64,000 bases of DNA. Source: Nymphaea colorata. Its lineage: Eukaryota. Below the pieces are notes generated by a model, which saw only the letters and a program-made list of their open reading frames with translations, did not search any database and was not told the origin of the DNA. A program made the translations under genes and the position numbers. Below are positions 24,857 to 39,065 of this stretch, piece by piece; position 1 is the first letter of the stretch; each line of letters starts with the position of its first letter. The stretch is from NCBI RefSeq assembly GCF_008831285.2, contig NC_045138.2, positions 41,850,001-41,914,000 of the forward strand, in the 5' to 3' direction.

Positions 24857-25243
24857 GTCCAAGAGAAGCCTCATGTACCTTTCCAGGGTGTGGGGAGAAC
24901 ACTTGGTAGTGCTTCTGGCTCCTCTGGAGCTCCTGAGCCTAGGGTGCCATCAAGTGCCCAATGTTCCATAAGTGGCATCTCATCTCCAGGTCTGTCTGTT
25001 GATCCGTCACTGCCATCAACTGCAATTCAGCTGAGACTTTCTGATGGAACACGCATGGTTGCACGATTCAATTATCACCACACTGTTGGGGATGTTCGCG
25101 CCTTCCTTGATGCTGCAAGGCCAGGCAGTGCACGTTCATATCAGCTGCAGGTCATGGGCTTCCCACCTAAGCTTTTAACTGATTCTGCACAAACAATAGA
25201 GCAGGCTGGCCTTGCCAATTCTGTACTTGTTCAGAAGCCTTAG
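24857..25243 (+). CDS. PUX4: PUX gene exon 4 (SHP box and UBX domain)
   Basis: TTTCAG acceptor. [10 protein letters not shown] (SHP box), [18 protein letters not shown]...GFPPKLL...[12 protein letters not shown], then TAG. Total CDS 1197 bp. Confidence 0.93.
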   Translation, partial: VQEKPHVPFQGVGRTLGSASGSSGAPEPRVPSSAQCSISGISSPGLSVDPSLPSTAIQLRLSDGTRMVARFNYHHTVGDVRAFLDAARPGSARSYQLQVMGFPPKLLTDSAQTIEQAGLANSVLVQKP

Positions 25244-26888
25244 CTCTACTGCAAGATCAAGAATGCAGTTTGTCATGCACGTTCAGCGTGTCCAACATGA
25301 AAAATGCCTTCCATATGACGGCTAAGTTTGTTTTTCTTTTCGATGGCGGATTTGGAATGGGGTATTATGGTGAACCGTTGCTTGGCGCCTACAAAGGACT
25401 AAACTCGTTTATTTTTGTTTTGTACTTTGTTGTCGAGCAAATTTTGTCGACATGACGAAGTGGAAACGAACATGAATTAACCATACATGCTTTATTAATT
25501 TTAGAAAAAGAGGGCTTTTATGACGTTCTCATCATGGGGATTGTAATAGTGCATCAGTTACATAGGGTAAGTGTGGAGCTCTGAGAATAATCTCAACCTT
25601 GAACGATGCAGTCAAATGTGTGCTTGGTAGATGCTTGCCTAAGCCCTAGGTTGGGCCACTTAAATGCCCAAGTGAAAATTTGTCGCAAACTCTTCCTTCT
25701 CCTCTTCTTTATCTTTGACCTTATTTTTTCCGTTTTTCTTTCTTTTGCATTCTTTTGATTTTTGTCCGTCCAAGAGTCTGTGTAGTTTAGACTTTTCGAC
25801 TACATTTGGAGCTAGATTACTTATATATGAATATGACCTTCATTTTTATATCTTCTCGAATTTTGTGCATCATGTTTTTTATAATGCAGCGCATGGTTAT
25901 TTTGTATCCTTCGCATGAATGCTATTAGCAATCGTCAGGCCAGACATAGCTATTGTTAAATCTGACCATTTGAGCGAAGCCGTATTTGAAGTTTTGCATG
26001 TAAATTTTGATAATGAAAATTAGAAACTTGCATGATTTGACAAGGAAAACCTTGTACCACAAGTCCACCTGCGTCAGACTATTGGATGTGAGTTGCCTTC
26101 TTAAACCTAACTACCTAAATTTGAGTTTGATTTGATTATGAATTATATCTGAACCATTGATGTTCCTAGTTTGATGACTTCTTTAAGAAACTGTGTTATG
26201 TTGCAAATATAAAAATTCCCCATATCTTCATCACAATGTTGTTTTGATTCTCATGTTGCAAAGGTGGCGTACAACCTTGTGGCATAATGTGGTGGCTTGA
26301 GAGACTGGGCAGTTGTTATAAATTTGCCGTCCACAACTTGTGATCTTTGTACCTTCCAAAAAAGGCTTACTAACGCCTTAGATAGTTGTGGCAGCAAGGA
26401 CCTAAGTCAAGAACATGATCGAAAATTCAACTTCAGCTTTTGCTGAAGAAAGCCATGATAAATTCTAAAGTGGTCACATTTGTTAGTATTGATCCAGGAT
26501 GCACTTGAAGGGAACTATTACATAATTGTCAAACTTAAAAAAGACTTCAACAGCCCAAGCATGCACCCTGTTAGCTGCAAAACTTCCGTTTGTAACCCCT
26601 TCAGATTACTATGTAAGCGTTCCGTACTCTCTGCTGACGCCGCAAGTAGAAGTGCTTAGTCTTGCATTTCAGACGCAAATAACTTTCGTGGTTTTATATG
26701 ATCTTAACAAGCAGAGCCATCAAATCACTTCATTTGTTATATACAATTAGAAAACAAGACAATGGACTTGGGGAATTGCGACTGGAATAGTAGTCAGTAC
26801 TGCAATTACTCGTTAGCTTGCACAATATGGCTTGGATAGAAATGGACGGTCATGTTGAAAAGCGGTCTTTTGGAGGTATCAGCAGATG

Positions 26889-27077
26889 CTACAGTCTCTT
26901 GCTCGACTGCAGCTGTGGAATGAGTGGCACGTCATTACTATGATGTTCCTCATACTGCTCCAGCAGTGCAACAATGAAATCGAAATCTGGTCTCTTTGCT
27001 GGATCTGCCGTCCAGCACTGCCTTATGAGGTTTGAAATCTCCGGAGAGCAGGCATCTGGTATATGTGGTCGTTCATT
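26889..27077 (-). CDS. HT1: HT1-like Raf-type Ser/Thr kinase, exon 3 (last)
   Basis: TTGCAG acceptor. NERPHIPDACSPEISNLIRQCWTADPAKRPDF (kinase subdomains X-XI), then TAG. 189 bp, phase 0. Confidence 0.9.
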   Translation of the reverse strand, partial: NERPHIPDACSPEISNLIRQCWTADPAKRPDFDFIVALLEQYEEHHSNDVPLIPQLQSSKRL

Positions 27078-28820
27078 CTGCAACAACAATCAAGCTAGAA
27101 GATTATATATTCAAGTGACTGAACAAGAAGGCTGCACATCTTTAAGTTTCAAAGTCCCAGAGCCAAAAGAAGAAAGAAAAAAGACACTAACATCAAATCA
27201 ACTGATCATCCAAGCTGCAATCCTCGTCATGAGAAATTTTTTAGTCACCAATAGAACTCTATGCTCCAACAAAAACAAAATCAAATACCAGTACATTCAT
27301 GAAACTTTATATGACTAACTTAAAAAACAAAAAAAAAAAAAACCACACGTACACACACTCCAAACCTACTAGTATTGCTGCTAGATCATAACTCTGAAGT
27401 TCACAATATGTCATGCCAGATAGTGCAAATGCTCCAAGGAAGGTTCTTGATCTCTAGATGCAACTATCCAATATGATCAGCATTACTCTTTTCTTCACTG
27501 TAATACAATATCTACCATGGATTGAAACTAACCCTTAATGGCTACCCTGGCTTTTGTCTACTAGATATAGAGGTTGATGATGCATGAGGATCAGAGGGAT
27601 TCTGTCTAATGGCCAAATAATATTTTGCAAAATGATCGTGGCTGATCAACAAACGATATATGTGGGCTGAGCCCTAAAATATTAATGAAAGAGGATTAAA
27701 ATTGAAATGCAAACAGATTGATCCTTAGGTGGAATATATTTCTTGAAAGCGAAGCTCCAAACAGGATTGTCTATGGTGAGGGATGAAACTCTGACAAAGC
27801 ATCTTAAACAGCAGGAAAAGTAGCAAGAGGGAAGAGCTAATTGCACCGGTAGGGAAGCATTTGTTTAAGGACAGGACATTATATATATTGCAAAACATGA
27901 TGGAGCACAACCACACACACTTCAAGCAATACAGCATCTTTGAAATGATATTACCAGTGTCATTTTCAAGAGGTCCCACAGGTTGCAAAATAACTGTGGT
28001 TATGGCCAGGAACAAGCTTGAACTTGGCTCACTTGACTCAAATTCTTTATGAGTAAGAACTCAAATGGGTTTGTCATAGGAACAAGTTAAGCTCGAAGAA
28101 ATCAAACTCAGCACACATTAAGCCTATTTGACAAACATATTCATTATAAGGTTTCTAGCAGGAGGCTTGTTTTCTCAATAACTTGCATCAAATAACTCGA
28201 AACATTGCAACGTAAGAGCTGCTGTGGTTGGTACCTAGTGGAGGAAACCTCCACATGCTCGACCTTCCCTTTCTCAGTGGAGACATATGGCTTGCTTTAA
28301 GCCCTGGGATAAGGTTAAAAAATTGATGTCTGGATCAAGGTTCAAACGCCATAAAAAGGACATAAACATGGAAAGTCTCTTTTATGCCATCTAGAATTCT
28401 CAAAGAAAAATGAACTGTCTTTTGATAAACCTTACCATTTCCTTGATTAGTTTAATATTTTAATCACTCATCTGTAGACAAAAAGTAGTGGCATAAGCAC
28501 TAATTTGAATAAACATATAGAATTGTCACGACAGGAAGGACATAGCAACTGATAGCCCCATATTTAAGGCAACTAGAATGTATAAGGTCACTTGGTATAT
28601 TGCAGTCCAATAGTCCAATACCCAAAAGAGGTGAGGTGCACAAGTTGCTACTTGGTGGCAATATATCGGTCTCAACAGTAACAGAGGAGAATAAGCATTT
28701 AATTCACACTGTTGTCAAAGGTGTTGATACAAAGCCTGTATGAACAGAATCAGCCAATTCACAATGCTCCGCAAATTATCTTGGTTGCAATTTGGAAAAA
28801 AAACATAATTGAGTAACTAC

Positions 28821-29276
28821 CTTTTCTGATACAGCAAAAGCAGCCTGCACAGGAGTCATCCCTTGAAATGGAACAAGAGCTGTTAAGAGTTCCCAAAGGA
28901 CAATTCCAAAGCTGTAAACATCCACTTTCTTGGTATATGTCTTTCCCCTGATCATTTCAGGTGCCATCCACCGGTATGTCCCCATGAATCCCTTTGTTGC
29001 ATGGCATTGAGTATCTAAGCATGAGATACCAAAATCAACAACCTTAACTGTCAATTCATCATTCAGCAGCAAGTTATTGGACTTGAGATCCCGGTGTACA
29101 ATCCCTTGTGCATGAAGATATTGCATCCCTCTAGAAATGTCAAGAGCAAACTTCAGAATCATCTTGTTTGATAAAGAATAAGGCTCCTTCTTGTGAAGAT
29201 ACATCCTGAGCGTTCCTTGAGACATATATTCAGTGATTATACAGTATACAGGAGGTTTTCTGTATGCAGCAATAAA
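28821..29276 (-). CDS. HT1: HT1-like kinase, exon 2
   Basis: ACAG acceptor and GT donor. FIAAYRKPPVYCIITEYMSQG, HRDLKSNNLLL, DFG, GTYRWMAPEM, KVDVYSFGIVLWEL, MTPVQAAFAV. 456 bp. Confidence 0.93.
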
Positions 29277-29814
29277 CTGTAAAGTAAAACATAAGCAAGC
29301 AGTTGTCAGAATTGTCTTGGTGCTAACAAACGAGAAGCAAATGGATAGAGTACTAGGAAAGAGGAAAAAGGGGAAAGGAGGAAGGAACCTCGAGCCATTC
29401 AACATAAGATAAATTGCCAGAAGAACTGAAGGTCAGTGGAAAGAATCAAATGACCTTTCTGTTAAGCTACACAAAAGTCTTGCATTTTATGAACACAAAA
29501 GTAATTCAAATTTGTTTCCCCATGCATAAAGTACACAAAATACGGCAATGCTATGGAAAAAACTAACTCGAACAAGATGTGAAATGAAAACAATAACAAT
29601 GACATATACACTCATGACGTGCAAATTTGGATAGCCAAATATACATGGCACATGAGTGTGAGAATTTGTCGAGTGCCCTCAGAAAATCTACACCCACACT
29701 CATGATGTGCAAATTTGGCACTCAGACCATCACTACACTAAAATGTATCATTAAATTTCAGAAGTCAACTATGACAGACACATACACATACCACTCACAC
29801 AATACACATCCACA

Positions 29815-30672
29815 CCTTGGCAAAGCCACATTATGGTTAGGGTGGGCAGTTGACTACCTCATAATTTTTTTTACTCCCTGCCCACCCCCCCCCACCCATT
29901 ACTTTAAGAGGATTTTTCCATTGAAAAACACACTTGAGTAATGAGTGGCCCCTAATTCTACGAGATCCCATCTACAATTTTTATATCTTTTACTTTTATT
30001 GTTACTTATAAAAGAAAGGACTCAAATTTAATTTATAACAATTTAATTATCTAATATATAAATATGTACATATGCCATTTTATTTTGCATAATTTTGTTA
30101 TATTAAAAAGATATCAGATGTACCACAGTAGTTTATATACTTTTAAATTTAAATAATATCATAGAACAATTTTTTTGAAATTCTTTTATATCAACAATAA
30201 TAATTTTAGTAATAGAGAAGTAAGAACTTATGGTACCTTTTATAAAGCTTTTTTACCTTTGCCAGAAGTAAAAAAGTTAGTACTGACTTTGGAAAGCTTA
30301 GTCTTACTTTATACGTTATTTTAGTTGCCTTTAAATTTTAGAACGAAAGAGTTTCTATTTTGATATTATTAAAAGGGAAAATGTATTTCCATTAAGTTAA
30401 GAGAGAAGCTGATTTCCTTAAGATATATTTGTAAGAAAATTCTTGAGATGTATATTAGGCCTACAAAAAAGAACAAGTATAATAATTTTCCAAAAGTCGA
30501 CTAGATTTTGCCAAAAGGTGATAATTTTAGACATTATATATATAATATTAAAAAAATATCTCATCTCTTGATAATTAAAAAAGCTATAATTTTTCTTGCT
30601 CCAAATTTGAGACCGTTGTAATTTTATTAGAAGTTTATGCCCCTCAACGCACAAATTTTGGCCCCATCACGG
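29815..30672. mobile_element. Probable degenerate hAT-type MITE in HT1 intron 1
   Basis: GC-rich ends (TGGCAAAGCCACATTATGGTTAGGGTGGGC ... TGCCCCTC...TTTTGGCCCCATCACGG) around a very AT-rich core. TIRs are imperfect and no TSD was established. Confidence 0.35.
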
Positions 30673-31477
30673 CCTGCAATTATTTGATGTGGACAAGCAC
30701 TCATTCGCTACGACGTAAACTTGGCACTTATGATGGCCACAGTAAAACGTATCAGCTACAATAATCGGTTCTCAAAAGTCAACTACGCCACAAAATGAGA
30801 AGCAAATTCATCAAGAGGAAATGATTTCACCAACACAGGGAACATTAGACCTTTTTCTTTCCTTTTGGCCTTTTTCTGAAGAGAGGTGAAGTTTGGGCCG
30901 TAGGAGCACACAAGCCACTCCATTCCTAAACCTGGCGAATGTTGTCAAGCGTTTAGTTGGGAAAATCCTTGAGGTCCTCTTTCACTCAAGGCTTATTGTA
31001 ACGTGATGCCCAAGAACTGGTGATATACTTAAATTTCACAACACCCTTTTCTGAAGACGGATCACTGTAAACCATCATGATAAGGGAATACCCAAACCAA
31101 CTCAGAACAAAAACTGCATACACACAGCAAAAAGAGTTGCAGCATCCAAAAGTGGATCTTGTCAACCTGATTTGAATCTGGGTTCATGCAGCGCCTACCA
31201 AATACAGTAGCCAGCGTGTGTTAAAAAATGGGTAAAGCTGCAATGGCAGAAGCAACTTTCTGAAAGAAAGTTGCAGAAAAGTTTCAAGGCCAGCACCAAC
31301 TTGGTGCCCTTTTCTGGTCATTTCTTCGTGTAAAGCCCTCTAATGGTACCCCTTCCTTTCCAATCAGAAAAAAGCAAACTTTTTTTTGTAACATGCACGC
31401 CCATACTTTACTTGGGACTCGAAGGACAAAGAGACAAAACGGAGGAATTCATGTGTGGTGGAGGCAGAGTTAATTAC

Positions 31478-31918
31478 CTCGATCACATTAGGATGGCGAA
31501 GGCGCGAAAGCAAAGCGACTTCCGAATTGAATTGGCTGTCGATGAGCGGTCGAGAGCCATCTTCGTTATCAGGCACCCTCACCATCTTCACGGCCACGGC
31601 CCGCTGCTTGTATATCCCTCTGTAAATCCTGCTGTTGGAGCCAGAAGCGAACCTGTTGCCGATGAACAACTCCGACATGTCGGCCACCCATTCAGGTTGC
31701 GCGCCACCAGCAATAGCCCCTTCTGTTTCTTCTTTGACTTCACCACTACCGTGGCCACTAATTTGGCAATCGAGTAGCACCGACCAGGACTTGAGACTGT
31801 CCAGCCTATCCTGTCCTGGTGCAATACTGCTCGTGCTCCTGTCCAGGGGCAGAGTAAGAGGACGAGGTCTCTCAACTGTCTTCCTTTTCTGTCTGAATCC
31901 CCAGAAACAAGAAACCAT
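31478..31918 (-). CDS. HT1: HT1-like kinase, exon 1
   Basis: ATG at 31918. SWSVLLD, EWVADMSELFIGNRFASGSNSRIYRGIYKQRAVAVKMVRVP and QFNSEVALLSRLRHPNVIE match Arabidopsis HT1 as recalled. GTAATT donor. 441 bp. A (GA)n tract lies just upstream. Confidence 0.9.
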
Positions 31919-31931
31919 CTTTCCCTTTTTT

Positions 31932-31963
<32 letters not shown>

Positions 31964-33599
31964 AGGGCTCTCTGCTCAAAGAGCCCAAAAAGAGGTGCCT
32001 ACATTGGTATGTGGGACAAATGGTTGCACCTATTGAAAATTCTGGGAAGATGGATTCCTCTCCCGATGAAGAATATGGCTTCTTCTTCTTCTTCTAATTG
32101 TACGCTGGAGCATAATGGTTAGGAGGGAATCTCATGAACATTTTGGTTCTCTTTTTGAGCATTTTCCTTCCTTCCCTCTTTCTCCTTTTCTTCATACAGG
32201 TGGTGCATCCCACCCGTGACAGCTTGTAATGGGAAAGCAGCACGCACGAGCGGGAAGATCCATTGCATCTCTCGCCCTCTCTTTTGGCCCCCCACCCTTT
32301 TTTCCTGCTTTTACGTGACTGCTCTAAATTCTAATGGTGGGGTTATATTCTGGGGAGCCTTTTTTTTTTTCCCTTTCAGCTCCTTTGGTAGGGAAGCCGT
32401 TGCAGAGAAATCAATTCTGATTATAACAATTCTTCCCCAACTTGACAATCTCTGACCGAAGAGGAAGAATTCCTCTGCGCGGGCTCTGTGCGCTGCTTTT
32501 CCCTTTCTTTGGAAAACCTTCATTGAAGATAAACTTTGATGATTTATTGACCTTTTCCATTTTCATCTGATCGAAGACAACCATGGAGGAAGGAAGCATC
32601 TTGGATTAAAAAAGCCCGACTTTTACGTTCGCACATTTGTCTTTCCTAATCGTAAAAGCGGGCGAATTGAATTCTCCTGCTGGTGCAGCGTGGTGAGTGG
32701 CCTCGGCGGTTTTGAGTTCATCCAGCGTTGGTCTCCTGAGCGAGCCAAAAGGATGGGTAGGCCCCAAGGCAAAGACAGAAGCAGGCGAGCCATGACTCTC
32801 TCCACGCGAGGGCCATTCTCCCCGTACTTTTAAAAATAAAAAAAAATCAGTCTTCTTCTGTACTTATGTCGGGATGACCTCCGAGGCACTCACCACGGTG
32901 CATAAACTGTTGTTGAAGACTCATTTTTTTAAAAAAAATTCAACCTCTAAAATGTTGTTTGGACATTAAAAGTCGCATCCAAAATACAGGCATGTTTGAA
33001 TGATGATTGAAATTAAATCTATCAAAAGTCCAATTTTGACAAAAGTCATTTTAGAAAATAAGAGGGTGTAGAATAAAATACTCATCTTGCTCACCCAACT
33101 TAACCTTAAAAAAAAAATTTCAATCATCAAAATGACTCAAAGGTAACAAGTTCCAAGCCTTGGATGATTTAAATGAATAGTATTCTCAAGTTGCTATCTC
33201 TCTAGCTAACCAAGCATTCAAGCAGAAGGAACGAATGGCATGCTTAGGTAAGGTCTCTGGACTAAGCCTAGTTTTGTTTGGTTAGAACAAGGAAATGGTA
33301 AAAAGAAACTACAAATGGGAGAGAAATAAAAGAAGTTTCCACTTGGGGAAGGGGATGAGGTGCAAATGTCAAATTATTTTCCTAGCACGAGTGGGAAAGC
33401 TCTATCTGATCAACCTCGACATTGAAGTTTCGTGACTTTAATGAAACAATAATGGGAAGTTCCTTGAAATGTCTAAAACCCCATACGGAAGGAATCCTAG
33501 CACTTGAAAAAGCCTGTCAGCCGAGGTTGAGACTGTATAGGTGTGAAAGGTCGTCTGGCCCTGCAGGATGTGAGCAATGTGAATTCTGCTCTTCCTGAG

Positions 33600-36500
33600 T
33601 CAAAGGAAATATATGAAAAAAAAGTGATTCCATAGGGGTTTCTCCTAGGGAGGGAGTTAGCTAGGATGCACCTCACTCATGGATGCAGTATCTAGGAACA
33701 TCAGGTGCCTCGTTAGACACACACTAAACACAATTGCATTTCTTGCTATAGTCGATGTATTGAAAAATTGTGATTGTCTATGATACCATATTGTATATGA
33801 TACCATACTGAATTGGTTGGATAATATGAGACGGAATTGGAATAGATATGCTTGGTGTTCGAACATGGGCCATTGTGATGGCAAAGCGAGAATCCTTATT
33901 GGCTAGAATCCAACATCTGTCAAAGCTAGAATCCTTATTGACTTTTTAGGAATCGCTTTCTAATGAGGATTTACTTATTACCTAATCAAAGAGATAGAGT
34001 GTAGGAGTTTAATGGCATTAGGCTTCTTTTGTTTATGTATGGTGAACTTTGGGCCCTCTTGGGTAATTTCAATGCCATGAGAGGTGATGTAGACAAAATA
34101 GGTCTCCCTCCCAATCTTTCTGTTTGTAGGGATTTCAAATGATTTTTATGAGGATGCAACTTTCGCTTTCTGGAAGGCAATGCTAGAGGATTCATGTGGT
34201 CCAAGAACAGACTTGGCATGGAGAACATTCTTTTCTCTCTTGATTGGTGCATACTTAATCATCTTTGGGTATTAAAATGGAGCCATGGCGACTCTGCAAG
34301 GGTGTTAGAGAAATCAATGTCTGGCCACAATGATATGATTTTCTCCTTTAGCTTTAGTAACGAAAGATCTCTTCATTAAATTGGAGGTATCCAAGTATGC
34401 TAATTGTTGAGGCAAGAGAGAAAGTTATAGACTTATAGTGCATGAGGCATGCGGACATGATAATTGTTGTATGTTGATCCAAGTCGTTTGCAGGAACAAC
34501 ATTGGCATTAGCTACATGGTAGAAGAGAAAAGTGGGAGAACCTATGGTCAAAATCAAAAGTATTAAATACCATGTGAGAAAAATCTAGGACTGTCTTGAA
34601 GCTGGGGTTTATGGGCTGTAGGGCTTGAGAGAACTCTTCGTTAACAGCTCAACCAATCCTTTGAAAAGGAACAGGAATTGTGGTGGCCGCATGGAAGAAT
34701 CTGATGGTTATCTAATGGTGACTGTGCTACAGCTTTTTTTCAGGCAACTATCAGGAGCAAGAAGGCGAACAATGTGGTGTCTACTATTGGCAACAAAATA
34801 TGTTCGGACAAGCAAGGTCTTCAAGACCTTTGTATTGACTAGTTTCATGATTTGCTTGCTTATATTGAGGGTTCGGGTTGCCTTATGGGAGAGCTTGTGG
34901 AAGGCCCTGAAGTAATGGAGAAGAATGAGAAGCTATTAAGGTCAATACTCATGAAGAAGTTAAATATGTTGCATTTAAGGCTGATCACATGAGTGCCCCA
35001 GGCCTGGATGATTTCTCTACTAGTTTTTACAAGACCATTGGTACATAGTGCTGCACAAAATGTGGTAAAAGTGGTGAATAATTATTAAATCAGGTACACT
35101 AGATAAGAAGCTTAACATATTACTTTTAACTTGGATTCCCAAAAAAGAGGGTGATCGTAATGTGTCGGACTTGAGGCCACTTGATTTATGCAATTCTTCA
35201 TAGAAAGTTATCTCTAAAGTGCTTGTGGAAAGAATGAAAGGAACTTTAAAGAGAATTGTGAGTCCTAACCAAGTCACTTTCTTACCTAAGAGGATGCTTT
35301 AGGATGATGTTGTATTGGGGCATGAGATTAGTCACTCTGGAAAGTTGTCTAAAGTTTCTCTCTGTCTAAATTTAAATATTTCTACAACATAAAACAAACT
35401 AAATTGGTTTGTTCTAGAGAAGACTCTAAGCTACTTGGTGTTTGTGGACAGTTTGGTTCGAAAAATTATATCATGTGTTCGTAGAGGCATGCTGACTATT
35501 TTGAGTTGCATAGAAACTTGAGATAGGAAGATTCTATTTTCTCTGCCTCTTTTTTATTATGATGGAGATTGTGAGTAAATTTCTGAAGTCTAAAGTAAAG
35601 GAGGGTGTTATTAGAGTTCTTTGTATTCCTAAAGTGGGAAGATGCCTAGTATACATTGCTTTCTTAGATGATGTGATCATTGTCTATAGAGTTGATAGGA
35701 GGTTAGTTTTAGAGATTAAGAATGCCTTAGAGTGTATTCTCACCTAGTTTGGATTGCACATTAATAGCTTGATTTTGTTGGTTACTGAATTTGTGAAGCA
35801 CCATCAATTGATAGAGTTATCTCCATATCCCAGTTGGGAATCAAAGTGATGCCTATTTGATACTTGGAGCTTCCTCGCTTTTAGGGCAACATGAGAAAAG
35901 AATGGTATGAAAACCTGATTTTAAAAGTCCAAAATAAAATAGCCGCATGGAAACTCCCTAACTTGCTATCTTATGTAGAGGGATTATGCTTGAGTACATG
36001 TTTTATCGCATGTTATTAACTTTTTGATAAGTGCTTTCAAACTATTAGATGGTGCTTTCAACAACCTTGGCTCTATGCTGACTAAATTTATGTGGGGTGG
36101 AAGCGAATCTAGTCATGAAAAACACCTTATTGTTTGGAAAGAGCTATGTCATCCTACCTTGGAAGGAGTAAGAATTAAAACCCAACTATTGGTATGTAAA
36201 GTAAACATGGTAAATTGGGTTTGGAATTTTGTGAGGAGGGAACTATCTGGGCTGACATATGTACTTCCATTGTCATAGCCTTGAGATGATTAAGGCCTCA
36301 AGAAAGAGGTCATGGTGCTTTGAGGGTATAAAGTGGATGTGGACTGGTATTGTTGAAGAGGTACAACAGAAAATTGGGAGAGACCATTAAGTTTTTGAAA
36401 GAAAAGTGGGTGGAAGTATGTCTCTATGCTTTCATGATTGGGGAAGAATGGCGCTCTTTATGTGGCAGTCTATCTATGTCAACGAGGGAAGTCCTTTACT

Positions 36501-37610
36501 TAGAAGTCATGGTTTTCCAAGAGTTTAAGAATGTGTTATCTAGATGTAGATTCGGTTAGCTTCTACTTTAGGAGGTGGATGATTGCCTAAGCTTCATGAG
36601 TTTTGTGAATGTAATTTGGAACTTGGTGAAAAAGAAAAAAAGTCATGATAAAAAATGGAGGGATTGGATTTGGGCTAAAGAGGGTTTGTCTATGTTCCTA
36701 CTACTGGAAGACTATCTTCTAAAGATAGCTAGAAGAAAATGGGAATTGCCCTGCAAATTGTTACTTCAGTGTTGGAGAGCTGAAGAGTCTGCTGGTCATG
36801 TTAGCTTTAGGTGCCGTATTGCTATGGAAGTGTGGTATTTTATAGGTTGTATTCACCAAGATATTATCAATGTGCTTAAAGTGTGGTTTGGTTGTACATT
36901 CATTGCTAACTAACTTACTAACAATTGGCATGCATGTTTTCATATGGTGATTTGGTGTTTATGAAAATAGAGGAGAGAAAGAATGATTGAGGAACACTCA
37001 TGCTCAATTGTAGGAATATAGAAGGATGCTTAGAATGGTTGCTATGATATGTTTAAGTCTTTTCTTAATAATAGAGAATCATTTGTATGGCCTACAAGCA
37101 ATGGATGAAATTAAGGATCATCTCCGGTCATTGGCAGTGTGTTGCAGGTGGAGGGAGGCTTATGTGATCAAATTGTTTGTACTCATTACAACTTTGGTCA
37201 GTTGACTGTGGTGGGATGGGAATCAAAGGAAATGGGAAAGGGCATCTATGAAATTTAGAAGTTTGATAAAAAAAAAGTTTAGGACCCAAAGCTCGAAGTG
37301 GTAGACTCCATAATTGAATGTCAGTGGTTGGCTCCAATGTCAATTGTGATAATGGCAAACCGAAAGCGATAGATTAATTGGCCTAAGGCTAGTCTAGAGG
37401 GTAGAAACTTGTTGAGATTTGACCTTCAAGCAAAGTGCTGCTTTATTATCTTTCTTGTTGTTGCATCCTACCAACTAAGTAGTGGCAGGAGTGAGTTCTA
37501 TCTAGTTGGTGGGACTCGCTTAGTTTGTTTATCAGTGTTTGATGTCATTATTTGTATTCATTATTCTATTTTTGTTTGTAATAAAAATGTAGGAATCTAT
37601 CCTTCGGTAG
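33600..37610 (+). mobile_element. Decayed L1-type LINE (ORF2: endonuclease, RT, zinc finger)
   Basis: Ordered degenerate motifs: LGNFNAM (~34060), SAPGLDDF (~34995), IPKKEG..DLRPLDLCN..KVISKVLVERMK (~35140-35240), IAFLDDVII (FADD, ~35660), KFMWGG (~36090), EESAGHVSFRC (~36790), and AATAAA near 37580. Many stops and frameshifts. Confidence 0.85.
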
Positions 37611-38390
37611 GTAAATTTTTGAATAACTTAGATTAGGTTATTCACACAAAACATTGTTTTTGTCTTATGATCCAAACATGCAAACTAGGTTTTATAACTA
37701 GTTAAAGAAAAATAAGTTGCCTTAAAAATATTTTTAAGAAAACATTACATGAGAAGATAACTGAAAAAGAAAATAATAACAAATAGTAGACTATTGGCAA
37801 ATAATATCAAATTCCCAAGATAGAAGTAAAAAGAAATCTTCATTCTTTTTATCCAACAATTCATCCATTCAAATCAATCTGCCTTTGCTCAAGTACTGAT
37901 ATTGACTATATATGTTCAACTAAGATGTCTAATTTTTACTCAAGAATATTAACAATCTGAAACTTTTCCAGTTTTTTGAGTACATAGATGAAACATTTAC
38001 TATCAAATGAAAGGCTATGATAATCTTGCGACTCAATAAGGTGAAACAAGATGTGCCTTAATTTCTACTATCTTCTCCATCTACATTTGATTATTGTTTT
38101 CATCCTAGCTCATGAAAATCTAACAACCAAAAGTTTTTATTAGAAGAAAAATTATGTCATCCTAAGTTGTAGTATCATTATTTTTTGGTGTTATAAAATG
38201 AAAAATTTGTTGGTTTACAAGAATCATTTATTTGATTTCAAGATGCTCTAATCCAACCCACAAGCTTAAGAAAATTTTAACTTTCATTTTTTTTGCTTTA
38301 AGTCTATTTAGTTGAACACAATGGTTTTAGATCGATTTAAACTATAATATTTTAAATTTTCTAAAAGAAATGTATGTGTTTTGGACCAAC

Positions 38391-39065
38391 TATGCCTAGC
38401 CTAGCCAAGTGAATAGTAGGGATGCTCATGTAACCAGCAATGTCATTGCTCGGGAAGCAATTTGGATCCAATCAGATGGTAAGTCAAGCATAAAGAAATG
38501 CACTTGGGATGTGCAACACGATGGTGTAAAGACAAAGTGTGTTAGCGCAGCATGGTTGGTAGTCTTTGGAATATGCAGTCCCATTGGTAAGTTCCCATGC
38601 GTAGCATTAGGCTGCATACAGGAGTAAACATAGATTAGTTGGATGCATAAGCTACATCTGCAACTGGATATGTTGGTGCAGGAGTGAGTAAATGGCAGTT
38701 CCTTGTTGAATAAGGGGATGGTTGGTTGTCTTGCTTAATGAAATGTAGACGACAATTGCATATGACTGAGGAAACCTCCCATGAGAATTTTCTCCCACCA
38801 AAATTTCATATGAAGTAGATAGACGTTTAGAAGAATGATAGTGTTCTGACATGACCTCATGGTCATGGCTTGCTGATAGGTTACTATGAGACAAATCTTG
38901 GGTGATGACCTGTCGAGTGCCTAGTACTCATTGTCTAGTCCATGGTCAGAAAGATTGAAGAATGTTTTTACTACCTTTAAGGTTGAGTCAAGCTGGATGA
39001 GGATTTGAGGAAACCCTCGATATTACGTGGGCATAAATGGATTGAAAAATTGGTTCTTGACAAAC
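38391..39065. repeat. Diverged direct repeat, copy 1 (partner at 43242-43865)
   Basis: Colinear shared blocks such as AGAAGAATGATAGTGTTCTGAC..CCTCATGGTCAT, CGAGTGCCTAG.ACTCAT, ATTGAAGAATGT and ACCTTTAAGGTT. Confidence 0.8.
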
